Origin: an uncultured candidate division Zixibacteria bacterium
Lineage (GTDB): Bacteria; Zixibacteria; MSB-5A5; GN15; FEB-12
Assembly (NCBI GenBank): GCA_963806185.1
Contig: CAWDXE010000005.1
Location: forward strand, 227,737 to 291,736
DNA: 64,000 bases
Direction of reading: 5' to 3'
Part shown: in pieces, positions 1-10,024 of the stretch
Layout of the letters: every line of letters starts with the position of its first letter
Position numbering within the stretch: position 1 is the first letter of the stretch
Program-made: the position numbers and the translations under genes
Notes under the pieces: generated by a model
Database searches by the model: none
Told to the model about the DNA's origin: nothing
The model's input: the letters and a program-made list of their open reading frames with translations, nothing else

Positions 1-87
1 GTTCGGCACACATCTTGCCGGTCGACTCTGAGCACATCCGTTACTACGAGACAGTTGAACCGCATCCTTCCCCTTCGGGAGTGAATT

Positions 88-1320
88 ATGTCTACCGCTA
101 CGATCGACCATCGTTCGCTGTATCGGCTCCCCTGGTCGCTTCCGGACAATGCCATATGCTGGCTGGAACCAACCAGCCTGTGCAATTTGCACTGCGATGG
201 CTGCTACCGGGAAAGCGACGAAGGACACAAACCGCTCTCTGCCGTGCTCCGCGAGTTGGATATCTTTCAGAATCTGCGAACAACCGATTGCATCTCCATC
301 GCGGGCGGCGACCCGCTCATCTATCCGGACATCATCCCGCTCGTGGCCGAGATAAAGCGGCGCGGCATCAAGCCAATTCTCAATACGAATGGCGTGGCCC
401 TCACGCCTGAGCTGCTGCGGGAATTGAAGACGGCGGGATTGTTCGGCATCACGTTCCACGTCGACGGCAATCAGGGTCGGTCGGGCCATTGGCTCGGGAA
501 GAACGAGATCGAACTGAATGAATTGCGCCTGAAGTACGCCGAGATGGTCGCGTCAGCAGGTGGCGTCGCGTGCGGCTTTAATGCCACCGTTTACGATGAA
601 AACAAACACCATCTCCCCGGAATGCTTCAGTGGGCGCGCGAGCATATCGATATCGTGCAGACGATGGTATTCATCTGCTTCCGGAACATTGCCCCTGACA
701 ACACGTTTGAATGGCTCGCGGGCGGCAGAAGGATCGATTTTCAGTCGCTCTGGTATCACTCTCAGGAAAAGCGCCGTATCGACATCGGCTCGAAGGAATG
801 CACGGCCCTGGCGCGCGAGCATGATCCGAACTTTGCCCCGGCGGCCTATTTGAACGGTACCGAAGATCCAACGGCACTAAAATGGCTTCTGTCGGCCCGG
901 ATCGGCACTCGCAAGCGAACATACGGGTATGTGGGGCCTAAATTCATCGAACTGCTCATGGGCAGCTATCATTTCACCAACGGGAAGTATCTCTCCTACG
1001 CGTCGCGGTCAGCAACTCGCCAGGGGCGCGCGGCGATCCTGCTGCTATGGCCGTTTGACCGCGGCATGCGCCGTATTACCAAAGCCTATTTCGGAGCTGT
1101 AGCGCGCAACCCCCTCCGGATTTTCCAGCGGGCGCACGTACAGACGATCATGTTCATTCAGCCGGTCGATTGCATGGTCGACGGCCGGCAGAGCATGTGC
1201 GATTCGTGTCCTGATCTGACCGTGTGGGAAGACCGGCTGGTTTGGTCCTGCCGATTGGAGGAGATGAAGCGATTCGGTACGTTTCTACAGACCGTGCCGA
1301 GATCCGAAAAACCCGTATGA
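88..1320 (+). CDS. Radical SAM protein
   Basis: 410 aa ORF with CxxxCxxC (CNLHCDGC), a GGDP motif and an NTNG motif; extra C-terminal Cys cluster (CDSC...C). Confidence 0.85.
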   Translation: MSTATIDHRSLYRLPWSLPDNAICWLEPTSLCNLHCDGCYRESDEGHKPLSAVLRELDIFQNLRTTDCISIAGGDPLIYPDIIPLVAEIKRRGIKPILNTNGVALTPELLRELKTAGLFGITFHVDGNQGRSGHWLGKNEIELNELRLKYAEMVASAGGVACGFNATVYDENKHHLPGMLQWAREHIDIVQTMVFICFRNIAPDNTFEWLAGGRRIDFQSLWYHSQEKRRIDIGSKECTALAREHDPNFAPAAYLNGTEDPTALKWLLSARIGTRKRTYGYVGPKFIELLMGSYHFTNGKYLSYASRSATRQGRAAILLLWPFDRGMRRITKAYFGAVARNPLRIFQRAHVQTIMFIQPVDCMVDGRQSMCDSCPDLTVWEDRLVWSCRLEEMKRFGTFLQTVPRSEKPV

Positions 1321-1341
1321 CTGCCTTGGGCATGCGCGGAA

Positions 1342-1788
1342 TTACGTCGATTCCTCCGCCAGCCGCTTGAGTGTCACCGTCAGGTTGCGCGCTTCCTTAA
1401 GGGTGATCTGCGAGGCGAAGTATTTCTCTATGGCCGCGGCGTAGGCCGGCCAGGACTTGCGAAGTGTTTCGAATCCCTGATCCGTGAGCACGGCGTTCCA
1501 GCCACGTCGGTCGCTGGGGCACCGCTCACGACGTACCAGCCCGGCCTTCTCCAGCTTGTCCAGATGACGGGTCAGCCCGCTCCGGCTCAGCACGATAGCG
1601 TCAGCCAGCTCATGCATTCGCAAACGACGTCCGGGGGCGCGGCTCAACTCCAGAACGACGTCGTACCAGTCGACCGGGATGAACCCGGCCGCCGTGACTT
1701 CGGCATCTATCTTCTTGATCAACCGACCGTTAGCGGTAATCAACCAACGCCAGGCGTCGATCTTAATCGGATCTATCAGGACTTTCAT
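1342..1788 (-). CDS. MarR-family transcriptional regulator
   Basis: Winged-HTH signature LRMHELADAIVLSRSGLTRHLDKLEKAGLVRR and the DRRG motif. Confidence 0.9.
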   Translation of the reverse strand: MKVLIDPIKIDAWRWLITANGRLIKKIDAEVTAAGFIPVDWYDVVLELSRAPGRRLRMHELADAIVLSRSGLTRHLDKLEKAGLVRRERCPSDRRGWNAVLTDQGFETLRKSWPAYAAAIEKYFASQITLKEARNLTVTLKRLAEEST

Positions 1789-1808
1789 GAGACTATTTTA
1801 CACCGAAA

Positions 1809-1854
1809 TGATTGCAAATGCAACTTTTATTTAGAATAGTTGTTACTGCAACTA
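1809..1854. promoter_or_regulatory. Two palindromic operators in the divergent marR/doxX promoter
   Basis: TAGTTG-N6-CAACTA (1837-1854, perfect arms) and the related TGATTG-N6-CAACTT (1809-1826) in an AT-rich spacer. Confidence 0.6.
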
Positions 1855-1907
1855 ACGTAAGTATAGATTTCTAATCCGGGCCGTCAGCGGCCACAACTGG
1901 AGGATGT

Positions 1908-2408
1908 ATGTTTCGACGATTGTTGGCAACCAACAGCGATACAGCGCAGTTGATCCTGCGCCTGGTTCTGGGATTGGTGATTCTGCCCCACGGCATGCAG
2001 AAAATGTTCGGCGCGTTCGGCGGCTACGGATTTTCCAACACCATGGACTACTTCACCAACCAGGCCGGCATCCCGGCCCTCTTTGCTTTTCTCGCCATCA
2101 CGGCGGAGTTCTTCGGCGCACTCGGTCTGATTACCGGACTGTTGTCGCGCATAGCCGCATTCGGCATCAGTGTGGTGATGGTGGTGGCGACCTTGACCGT
2201 CCATTGGTCGAATGGCTTTTTCATGAACTGGAACGGCAACCAGCCGGGTGAGGGGTTTGAGTATCATCTCCTGGCGGTCGGACTGGCTCTGGCCGTGATG
2301 ATCAACGGCGGCGGGAAGTGGTCGCTGGATGGGTTGATAGCCCGAAAGATTGCGGCGGGACGCGGAGTGCGGGTCGCGACCTCACCTCATATTGCCGCCG
2401 TCAAGTGA
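1908..2408 (+). CDS. DoxX-family membrane protein
   Basis: LILRLVLG...HGMQK, GFFMNW...GEGFEYHLL and GGGKWSLD motifs; four hydrophobic segments; GGAGG SD upstream. Confidence 0.9.
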   Translation: MFRRLLATNSDTAQLILRLVLGLVILPHGMQKMFGAFGGYGFSNTMDYFTNQAGIPALFAFLAITAEFFGALGLITGLLSRIAAFGISVVMVVATLTVHWSNGFFMNWNGNQPGEGFEYHLLAVGLALAVMINGGGKWSLDGLIARKIAAGRGVRVATSPHIAAVK

Positions 2409-2443
2409 ATATGGCGGAAGAACACGTCACGTGATGATGATAG

Positions 2444-2475
2444 TGCGGCGGGAGATCGTCCCGCCGTTTCTTTTT
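2444..2475. terminator. Intrinsic terminator between convergent genes
   Basis: CGGCGGGA-gatcg-TCCCGCCG hairpin followed by TTTCTTTT. Confidence 0.6.
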
Positions 2476-4769
2476 CAGAAACGAAATTCGAAACCGACCA
2501 TCGGCAGGATGCCGGCGTCGTAGATATACCCGGAGGACGAATTGACGATCGGGTTGGCGCGGTTGGTCACGTTGCTTATCGAAACATACACGGCGCCACC
2601 GGGATAGCTATAGCCGGCGTGCAAATTCACAAAGGCGCTGGTCGGAAAGCGCAGTGAGTTTTCGTTGGCCAACTGCGTTTCGTAATAGGCGGGCGAGTAG
2701 TACTCGGAGAACCTGACTCGCCGCGCCTCGCGAGTGGGGGTGTACGGGTAGCCGGAACGAATCTGCAACTCGCCGCCGACAAGCCAGCGCTTCGTCGCAT
2801 GCCAGTCCAGCGATCCTCCGAAGCGGTGCGGCGCATTTAGTTCATAGGGAGTTGAAATCCCATTTTCGACTTTCCGGGCCAGAGTGTAGCCATACCAGAG
2901 GCGCGTGTCAAATTCCTTCGACGGGAACTGTTTCCTATCCCAGTTGATCGACCCGCCCGTAAACGTTGCACTGCCGCTCGACTGTACAGTCAGAAATGAC
3001 GGGCTGACGATGAATCTGGCGTAATCGACCTGGCTGTAGTCCGGCGTCACGACCGGTCGGTCCGTGATCTGCTTATGGAACAGCGAAAGATTCCAATCGC
3101 GGTGGTTGACGTCGAGCGACCACATATCAGTCTTAAGGGCCGACAGGTTACCGCGATCGGCGGTAATCAGAACCTGGTACGGCTCGAGGATATTGTCCGC
3201 CGGCGACTCGGCGAAAGTCCCGTGAAACAGAGTGAAATCGGTGCGGCTGTCCGGTTGGTAAGAGAGTGATGCCCGATTAACCAGCACGCTCTTCTGCCGC
3301 AGGGCCGCGAAATACTCCGTCCGCAGGCCGCCGCGCATAGTCAACCGACCGACGTTTCGCTCAGCCGTCAAATAGACCGCCTGCTGGAATTCGGCCGCAC
3401 TCCCATGGTGCTGCCCCCAGGCACCATTGAGTGCTTCCTGATAGATATAGGCGTTGTTGCTGTTGGCGAACGGCGGCAGAAAGTTCCAGCCGTTCTGTTC
3501 CACCGCAATGTCACGACGAGACCTGATCAGTCCCTGGGTACCCAGTTCCAGGCTGGTCCCCCAGGATGTCCATTCAGCGGAGAGATTGAACGTATTGTCG
3601 CACGATTCTTCACGCAGATCGAGACTGAAGTGATTTGACCCCTCTGTCTGGGGATGAGCCGAATATGCCTTGTTTGACCCTTGAATGCCGAACGAACCAC
3701 GAAGCAGTACCCCCGGATATAGCGCCTTGACCCGCAGGCCGGCATACGATCCGGTGGTCTTCTGATAGGTGTCCACTCCGTCGTTGCCATCGGTGGCTCC
3801 GGACGTATTGAATCTGAGGTGGTCGCGGACATGATATTGATCAAGGGTGACAGTGTATACGCTGGACAGTCTCCAACCCGCGGACACGAACAGATCGAGA
3901 AAACTGGTTGGCGGAATCGTCTGTCGATCAGAGCTGGCGTCGATGTTGGTCACGATCTCATCGAGCACCGACTTGCGCACGGAGCCGAGCAGGGAAAACG
4001 AGCCGGTCCCCATCGACTGCCGGGCCGTGACATCGATTGTCGATACCTGCACTTCGCTCGTCCGGTGTTTGCTGAAATCTTCCGTGGTCGCAAGTTCAAC
4101 GGCTGACGGTGCGCCGAAGTTGGCCTGGGTTCCGTGCGAATAAAAACGCATCTGACTGATGACCGACATCGGGATAATCGCAAAGGCGCCGTAATGACTC
4201 GGATCAGTGCCGATCGTCAATGAGTTAAGGAAGTACTTCGGATTAGTGCCGTCAACGCGCACCTGCGCCGAGTGACTTGAACCCTGACGGGCCGCCGCCG
4301 GACCGTCAAGCGAACTTATCGGATCGGACGGCACCAGTGCCCGTCGGGCGTGTTCACGCAACGCAACGGCCGTGGTCACTTGCGCCCGGGTTGGTTGTTC
4401 CTGGGGAGTCACGCGAATCGTACCCATGTCGGGTGGCGCGGACAGGAGCTGAATTTCAGCAAGTGTCACGTCGCCGCGTGGCGCGACCGGAATGACCACT
4501 GGTGAAAAACCGACCGCAGAGATCCTAAGTTCGGCAGTCGTTGTGTCACCGCCGGTCGTCAATGTATACCTGCCGCTGCCATCGGTGGCTCGACCGGCAA
4601 TGGCCAAACCATCCCGCACCAACAGGACTGACGCTCCCACAATGGGGCAGCCGGTGTCGTCGACGACGATACCTGAGATGGCCATTGCCGATACGGCTCC
4701 GGCATGGGCAAAGACCAGCACAAGGGCACTGAGGAAGATGATGAACCGAAGACGTTTTGACAGGCACAT
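2475..4769 (-). CDS. TonB-dependent receptor with N-terminal carboxypeptidase-regulatory-like domain
   Basis: Signal peptide; ISGIVVDDTG..IVGASV N-domain; plug-like region; C-terminal beta-strand ending in F (GFEFRF). Confidence 0.8.
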   Translation of the reverse strand: MCLSKRLRFIIFLSALVLVFAHAGAVSAMAISGIVVDDTGCPIVGASVLLVRDGLAIAGRATDGSGRYTLTTGGDTTTAELRISAVGFSPVVIPVAPRGDVTLAEIQLLSAPPDMGTIRVTPQEQPTRAQVTTAVALREHARRALVPSDPISSLDGPAAARQGSSHSAQVRVDGTNPKYFLNSLTIGTDPSHYGAFAIIPMSVISQMRFYSHGTQANFGAPSAVELATTEDFSKHRTSEVQVSTIDVTARQSMGTGSFSLLGSVRKSVLDEIVTNIDASSDRQTIPPTSFLDLFVSAGWRLSSVYTVTLDQYHVRDHLRFNTSGATDGNDGVDTYQKTTGSYAGLRVKALYPGVLLRGSFGIQGSNKAYSAHPQTEGSNHFSLDLREESCDNTFNLSAEWTSWGTSLELGTQGLIRSRRDIAVEQNGWNFLPPFANSNNAYIYQEALNGAWGQHHGSAAEFQQAVYLTAERNVGRLTMRGGLRTEYFAALRQKSVLVNRASLSYQPDSRTDFTLFHGTFAESPADNILEPYQVLITADRGNLSALKTDMWSLDVNHRDWNLSLFHKQITDRPVVTPDYSQVDYARFIVSPSFLTVQSSGSATFTGGSINWDRKQFPSKEFDTRLWYGYTLARKVENGISTPYELNAPHRFGGSLDWHATKRWLVGGELQIRSGYPYTPTREARRVRFSEYYSPAYYETQLANENSLRFPTSAFVNLHAGYSYPGGAVYVSISNVTNRANPIVNSSSGYIYDAGILPMVGFEFRF

Positions 4770-5041
4770 AAGTCCGCCTCGGGAGGGTCAAATGGCGTGC
4801 CTGATTGCAAGTACGACGATGCACTGGGTATGTCGCTATCAGAACGCCGGTTAGCCGCTGGTGGAAACTTGCACAGACGCAAAGGTTAGCAGTCGATATG
4901 CACTGCGACGACAATAGACCGTCGAATCCTCTGCGAACACGGAGGCTTGTTGCTCCGTCGACGATCGGCGACTATATTCCGTCCTTCTTGAAGCGACACA
5001 TGCCGCAGCTTTCGGCGAAAGGTGATTGAGGGAGCGGATAC

Positions 5042-5971
5042 GTGGGACACATAGGCGAACTGGCGGCGCTGTCAACCGCCCTGCTCTGGTCATTCACGGC
5101 GATCTTCTTCTCCGAGGCAGGTCGGCGAATTGGGTCGTTTCGTGTCAACAAGATCCGACTCATCTTCGCCGTACTGATCTACGGCGCCATCACGCTGGTC
5201 ACTACCGGCTGGTTCTTTCCCCAAGGGCTCAACACCGAACAAATCTTCTGGCTGTCAATCTCGGGTCTCATCGGGCTCGTATTAGGCGATGGCTGTGGGT
5301 TCAAGGCTCTGGTGATGATCGGTCCTCGTCTGACCACTCTGGTCCTGTCCACGGCGCCGATCGTTGCCACCATCATCGCCTGGATTTTCCTCGGCGAACG
5401 ACTTGGCTGGCTCGATCTGGCCGGTATCGTCGTCACCCTTGCCGGTGTGAGCTGGGTGGTGCTGGAACGTCGCTACAACAATGGTAATCAGTTTGGCTTG
5501 AAATCAGATCATCCGGATAGCGGTACGTTGGCGAAGGGAATCTTGTTGGCCATCGGCGCGTCGATCGGCCAGGCGGTCGGGCTGGTGCTCTCAAAGCAAG
5601 GGATGCTCTTTTCCGGCGGGGCCATTGATCCGCTGCAGGCCTCATTCGTCAGAATGCTGGCGGCGACTGCTATCATCTGGATTTACGCGGTTATTCGCCG
5701 CGAGGTGAAGGAGACGGTCAAGACATCGACCAACGCCAAGGCGATGGGACTGACCGCGGCGGGTGCAGTGTTTGGCCCGTTTCTGGGCGTGTGGATGTCG
5801 CTGGTCGCTCTCAATTACATTTCAGCCGGCATCGCGGCAACCCTGAACGCCACGACGCCAATTCTTATCCTGCCGACCGTGCTAATCGTCTACAAAGAGA
5901 AGATGTCTCCGCGCGCTATCATCGGGGCCGTCCTCGCGGTCGCCGGCGTGGCGATGATTTTCCTGGCTTAG
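5042..5971 (+). CDS. DMT/EamA-family transporter
   Basis: About 10 TM segments in two EamA repeats; FLGERL and YKEKMS motifs. Confidence 0.9.
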   Translation: MGHIGELAALSTALLWSFTAIFFSEAGRRIGSFRVNKIRLIFAVLIYGAITLVTTGWFFPQGLNTEQIFWLSISGLIGLVLGDGCGFKALVMIGPRLTTLVLSTAPIVATIIAWIFLGERLGWLDLAGIVVTLAGVSWVVLERRYNNGNQFGLKSDHPDSGTLAKGILLAIGASIGQAVGLVLSKQGMLFSGGAIDPLQASFVRMLAATAIIWIYAVIRREVKETVKTSTNAKAMGLTAAGAVFGPFLGVWMSLVALNYISAGIAATLNATTPILILPTVLIVYKEKMSPRAIIGAVLAVAGVAMIFLA

Positions 5972-5972
5972 T

Positions 5973-6932
5973 ATGCAGTATCTCGATTACAGCAAACTCG
6001 CGCCGTTTCTCCAGACGCATTTTGCCGACGGCCAAGCCGATCGGTTGGTCGGGCGTGGACGACATTTTGATTCCGGGTATTTTGACATCCACCGCTTCTT
6101 CGGCTCCGACGGGATTCGGCCGGAGATCGTGAAAATTGACTATGCGCAGGGACAGTTCGCTTTCAGCGACGAGCGAATCGAGCAGTTCGCGTCGGAGATA
6201 GCCCGGCATATGGCGGCTGAGGGTCGCTTGTACGAAGGCCCTACTGTCGTGAGAGCGGTGACCGACGATTGGCGTTCCCTGACGCCATCACTTCTGGTAC
6301 AGGAGGCGACTTACGGGCAGCAGGCCGGCAGTTGCTTTGCGCTCGACGCTCCGCACCCGCTTTTCCAATCCTGTGGCGGCACGCTTCGCGACTATTATCC
6401 CACACTCATGGCTGACCATGCGCTGGCGTCCAACCCTATTGCCATCTGTTACGGCGCGTGCGGGATTGTGCGCGTTACCGAGGGAAGTCAGGGCTTTCTA
6501 CTGCGCGTGATGAGAGGGAAAAAACTGGCGTCGCTGGAATCCTCTTACGGTCCGTCGGTAGCCGGTTCGGTCGAATGGGCAACGGATTACAAGACGCTCT
6601 GGGACATGACGGTCCGTACTATGATACAGGAGGCGGCCGAAGAACTGGCTTTGCGCCCGGCCGAATACCGAATCGTGCCGCTGGCCTATGCCCGGGAGAT
6701 TTTCCGGGGTGAGAAGCCGCAAATCTTCTGTCTGGTCGAGTGCCGCCTTTCGCGCACCGAACTGGAGCACCGCCTGCTGAGTATCCCCGACGACCGGAGA
6801 GAATTTTCGTCCTACGATTTCCAGCCGCTCTCCGTTAGCGGCGGACTAGCCGCCGAGATGGTCGCCTCGCTCAATCATGAAGCGAAGATGAACTATCACC
6901 TCCTCGAAGAGTACCTTGCCGTCCAGGCATAA
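5973..6932 (+). CDS. Hypothetical protein, possibly NUDIX-like fold
   Basis: 319 aa ORF starting 1 nt after the EamA stop; degenerate NUDIX-box-like segment AGSVE...IQEAAEELAL. Confidence 0.55.
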   Translation: MQYLDYSKLAPFLQTHFADGQADRLVGRGRHFDSGYFDIHRFFGSDGIRPEIVKIDYAQGQFAFSDERIEQFASEIARHMAAEGRLYEGPTVVRAVTDDWRSLTPSLLVQEATYGQQAGSCFALDAPHPLFQSCGGTLRDYYPTLMADHALASNPIAICYGACGIVRVTEGSQGFLLRVMRGKKLASLESSYGPSVAGSVEWATDYKTLWDMTVRTMIQEAAEELALRPAEYRIVPLAYAREIFRGEKPQIFCLVECRLSRTELEHRLLSIPDDRREFSSYDFQPLSVSGGLAAEMVASLNHEAKMNYHLLEEYLAVQA

Positions 6933-6964
6933 GAAAACCGGAAGCGTGGGCACTTCCGGTTCTT
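6933..6964. terminator. Bidirectional terminator-like hairpin
   Basis: AACCGGAAG-cgtgggca-CTTCCGGTT between convergent genes. Confidence 0.55.
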
Positions 6965-6985
6965 CGTTCAATTGTCAGAGCATCC

Positions 6986-7345
6986 TCACACGTCAACTTC
7001 GTCGACATCGGTCTTCGGACGGGTCAGCTTCTCCTGGGTCGTGGTGACAACGTCGGGCCGCTTATCTTTGAGTTTGCCCTTATACTTACGCAGTTGAGTC
7101 TTGGCGTGGTCGACCGCCATGTCAATGGAGTTGATCATCTCGTCGGTGTCGCCGGTGCCGGTAATGGTATTGCCATAGACATTCACCACCAGTTCCGCAA
7201 TACGACGATGTCGTTCGGTACTGAGGACAAACTCAGCCGAGACGATATTGTCGAAGAAACGGGTCAGGGAATCGAATTCGGCTTCGCATCTGGTTTTCAT
7301 CTCTGGCGTCAGATCGAAGTGCCGGGCAGTTACCTTCTTCAGCAT
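6986..7345 (-). CDS. hpf: Ribosome hibernation promoting factor (HPF/RaiA)
   Basis: TARHFDLT...SIDMAVD..KTQLRKYKGK signature; canonical position after rpoN; AAGGAG SD before ATG at 7345. Confidence 0.9.
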   Translation of the reverse strand: MLKKVTARHFDLTPEMKTRCEAEFDSLTRFFDNIVSAEFVLSTERHRRIAELVVNVYGNTITGTGDTDEMINSIDMAVDHAKTQLRKYKGKLKDKRPDVVTTTQEKLTRPKTDVDEVDV

Positions 7346-7390
7346 GGCTGATTCTCCTTTCCATGCGTTCACGGAATATAATGATTACAC

Positions 7391-7548
7391 ACCGACTTTG
7401 GTCGCCGTCGCGCATGCTACACTCGGGCGCGCGACAGGATAGTTGTGGATGAAAGGCGGGAGACCGGACGGCTGAGTGTCCAGCCGGGTGAGGCGGAACG
7501 GCCTCACGTCGATGTCTGCGCACAGGTTCATCCGATGACCAAAAGCGT
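7391..7548. ncRNA. Candidate multi-branched structured RNA in the rpoN-hpf spacer
   Basis: Five nested perfect 6-7 bp helices (see findings); no convincing ORF. Family and strand not established. Confidence 0.45.
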
Positions 7549-7594
7549 CAGGTTTACTATGTATACGGTGGGGCCGGCGGGCCGGCCACACAAT

Positions 7595-8995
7595 TTATAC
7601 CGCACCCTTACGGAAACGGGCCGGTTTGATGCCTGATTCCTCGCGATATTTGGTAACCGTGCGTCGGGCCAGTTGAATGCCCTCTTTGTGGAGCATTTTG
7701 AAAATCTCCTGATCTGACAACGGCTTATCCGGGTTTTCGGCGCGGATAATATCCTCGATCCGCTGCTTGACCGACCGCTTGGACACGTCCTCGCCGTCGT
7801 CTTTCGCAATCCCGGTATTAAAGTAGTATTTGATTTCGTAAATGCCCAAAGGGGTCTGCACGTATTTGTCGCTCGAGACGCGGCTGATAGTAGCGACATT
7901 CATGTCTACCTTGCGGGCAATGTCCTCCATGATGAGCGGCTTTAAGAACGCCGGCCCTTTCAGAAAGAATTCCTTCTGTTCTTCGATGATCGCTTCCATC
8001 ACCCGGATCATGGTTGACCGGCGCTGATTGATGGCGTTCAGCAGCCAACGGGCCTGTTCCAGTTTTTGCCGGACATAGTCCTTGGTGTCTTTGCTGGTCG
8101 TATTCCCCCGCTTAACCAGGTCCTTGTAGCCGGCGTTGATACGGAGCCGCGGAACGTGCCGATCGTTGTGGAACACGACGAACTCGTCACCAAACCGCTC
8201 AATAATCAGATCCGGCACCACCGGCATGGCGCCCACGTCAAACCTTCCCTGCGCCGGCGTGGGGGCCAGCCCGCGAATGACATCCAGTGCCTTCTGCACT
8301 CGTTCGAACGGGACGCCCAGCATCTTGGAAAGCTGCAGCGGCGACTTTTTCTCCAGGTCGTGTATGTGCTCGTCGACAATGCGCCAGGCCAGGGTGTTTT
8401 CCAGCCCCTTTTCGCGCAACTGGATCAGCAGCGATTCGCGCAGGTCGCGCGCCCCAACTCCGGTGGGATCGAATTTCTGAATCAGCAACAGAGTGTGGGT
8501 GATCGCTTCTTCTTCTATTTGCAGCTCGGCCGCCATTTCCGCTACGCTGATGGCCAGGTATCCGTCGGAACGAATATTTCCGATGACATACTCGCCGATC
8601 ATATGCTCCTGTTCGGACAATTTCAAAAACGACAACTGTTCAAGCAGATGGGTGTACAGGCTCTCACCTGCCGCCGCCGTGCCCTCAAATCGTTCTTCGT
8701 CCGACTCCCGCTGCTCGCGAACTTTGTATCCTTCGTCGTCATTGGAGAGGTAATCATCCCAGTCTATCTTCTCTTTTTCCTGGGTTTGTTCGTTCATCCC
8801 CAGATCTTCTTCCGGGGCGGTCTCCGGAGTCTCGTCGGTCAGGTCGACCTCTTCGAGCAACGGATTGATGACCAATTCGTGCCGGAGCGTCTGCTCGAGC
8901 TTCAAAATGGGCATCTGCAGCATCTTCAGCGACTGAATAAGCTGCGGCGCGAGGGTCTGCTTGAGAGATTGACGTAAACTAATGCCGAATTTCAT
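7595..8995 (-). CDS. rpoN: RNA polymerase sigma-54 factor
   Basis: N-terminal Q/L-rich region I, ATISRV HTH and the RpoN box ARRTVTKYRE. Confidence 0.97.
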   Translation of the reverse strand: MKFGISLRQSLKQTLAPQLIQSLKMLQMPILKLEQTLRHELVINPLLEEVDLTDETPETAPEEDLGMNEQTQEKEKIDWDDYLSNDDEGYKVREQRESDEERFEGTAAAGESLYTHLLEQLSFLKLSEQEHMIGEYVIGNIRSDGYLAISVAEMAAELQIEEEAITHTLLLIQKFDPTGVGARDLRESLLIQLREKGLENTLAWRIVDEHIHDLEKKSPLQLSKMLGVPFERVQKALDVIRGLAPTPAQGRFDVGAMPVVPDLIIERFGDEFVVFHNDRHVPRLRINAGYKDLVKRGNTTSKDTKDYVRQKLEQARWLLNAINQRRSTMIRVMEAIIEEQKEFFLKGPAFLKPLIMEDIARKVDMNVATISRVSSDKYVQTPLGIYEIKYYFNTGIAKDDGEDVSKRSVKQRIEDIIRAENPDKPLSDQEIFKMLHKEGIQLARRTVTKYREESGIKPARFRKGAV

Positions 8996-9139
8996 ACTTA
9001 GCGATTCCTGTTGCCGGGCCCGACGGCGCGCGGACTGGTTAATCCTCTGTTCTTCCTCAGGTATCGGAAGCGTGCACGAGAGGGTTCACCGGACCGGTCA
9101 ACATCGTTCAATTATTACGCAGTCCCCAGGGGTCATCCG

Positions 9140-9865
9140 TCAATTGAGTCTGAACTTCTCTCCCAGATAGATTTTACGCGATTCGGGATCATTGGCCAGA
9201 TATTCGGATGTCCCCGCTTTTAGTATAGCCCCATCGCACATAATGTACGCTCGATTACAGATGGAAAGTGTTTCGCGAACGTTATGATCGGTGATCAGGA
9301 CACCCAGGCCACGCTCCACCAGCCGGTTGATGTTCTTCTGAATATCCTCGACCGCGATCGGATCGATACCGGCAAACGGCTCATCGAGCAACATGAACTT
9401 GGGTTCGTTGACGAGGGCCCGGGTAATCTCAACGCGGCGCCGTTCGCCGCCCGACAACGTATAAGCTTTGTTCTTTCGAAGATGGGCGATATCCAGTTCC
9501 CGAAGCAGATCTTCGAGTCTCGTCTTTCGTTCCTTTCGCGAGAGGTGCCTGAATTGCAGAACGGCCATAATATTCTGTTCCACCGACAGTTTGCGAAAAA
9601 CGGAGGCTTCCTGCGCCAGGTAGCCGATCCCCCCGCCCGCTCGCCGGAACATCGGCCATCGGCTGATATCCTGTTCACCGAGATAGACACGCCCGGCATC
9701 GGGCCTGATAAACCCAATGATCATGTAAAAGGTCGTGGTTTTGCCGGCTCCGTTTGGACCGAGCAAGCCGACCACTTCGCCCGGATTGACCTGCAGCGAG
9801 ACATCGCTGACCACGGCTCGCCGCCGGTAATATTTCACCAGATTTTTGGATTCCAGTATCGCCAT
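9140..9865 (-). CDS. lptB: LPS export ABC transporter ATP-binding protein
   Basis: [36 protein letters not shown] and [10 protein letters not shown] motifs; YLGEKFRL C-terminus; upstream of rpoN. Confidence 0.95.
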   Translation of the reverse strand: MAILESKNLVKYYRRRAVVSDVSLQVNPGEVVGLLGPNGAGKTTTFYMIIGFIRPDAGRVYLGEQDISRWPMFRRAGGGIGYLAQEASVFRKLSVEQNIMAVLQFRHLSRKERKTRLEDLLRELDIAHLRKNKAYTLSGGERRRVEITRALVNEPKFMLLDEPFAGIDPIAVEDIQKNINRLVERGLGVLITDHNVRETLSICNRAYIMCDGAILKAGTSEYLANDPESRKIYLGEKFRLN

Positions 9866-9909
9866 ACTTTCAATATATTCCGCTTCGTCATGCGAACCAA
9901 AAACAATTT

Positions 9910-9925
9910 TGGCACACTATCCGCT
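9910..9925 (+). promoter_or_regulatory. Putative sigma-54 (-24/-12) promoter
   Basis: TGGCACACTATCCGCT has GG-N10-GC spacing and a perfect TGGCAC, 100 nt upstream of ATG 10025. Confidence 0.5.
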
Positions 9926-10024
9926 TCGAGACCTGAACCCGAGCGATCAGCCGGCAAATGTGATAGTCACACAGCCGAGGACACTCCCCGGGGCGATCGG
10001 ATCTCAACTCACCTGAGGATCAAC

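Noticed and set aside
4793..4809. TGGCGTGCCTGATTGCA as a sigma-54 promoter
   Set aside because: GG-to-GC spacing is 11 rather than the required 10.
4855..4925. GGAAA...GACGCAAAG resembling a c-di-GMP-I riboswitch
   Set aside because: Flanking stems and the tetraloop/receptor could not be built convincingly; would need cmscan.
8066..8977. Long antisense ORFs (also 46157-47107, 25539-26264, 28461-29255 and others)
   Set aside because: Typical shadow frames opposite well-supported genes in GC-rich DNA; no motifs or SD.
9284..10024. N-terminal extension of the 973-aa ORF
   Set aside because: Antisense shadow of lptB; the SD and lipoprotein signal place the start at 10025.
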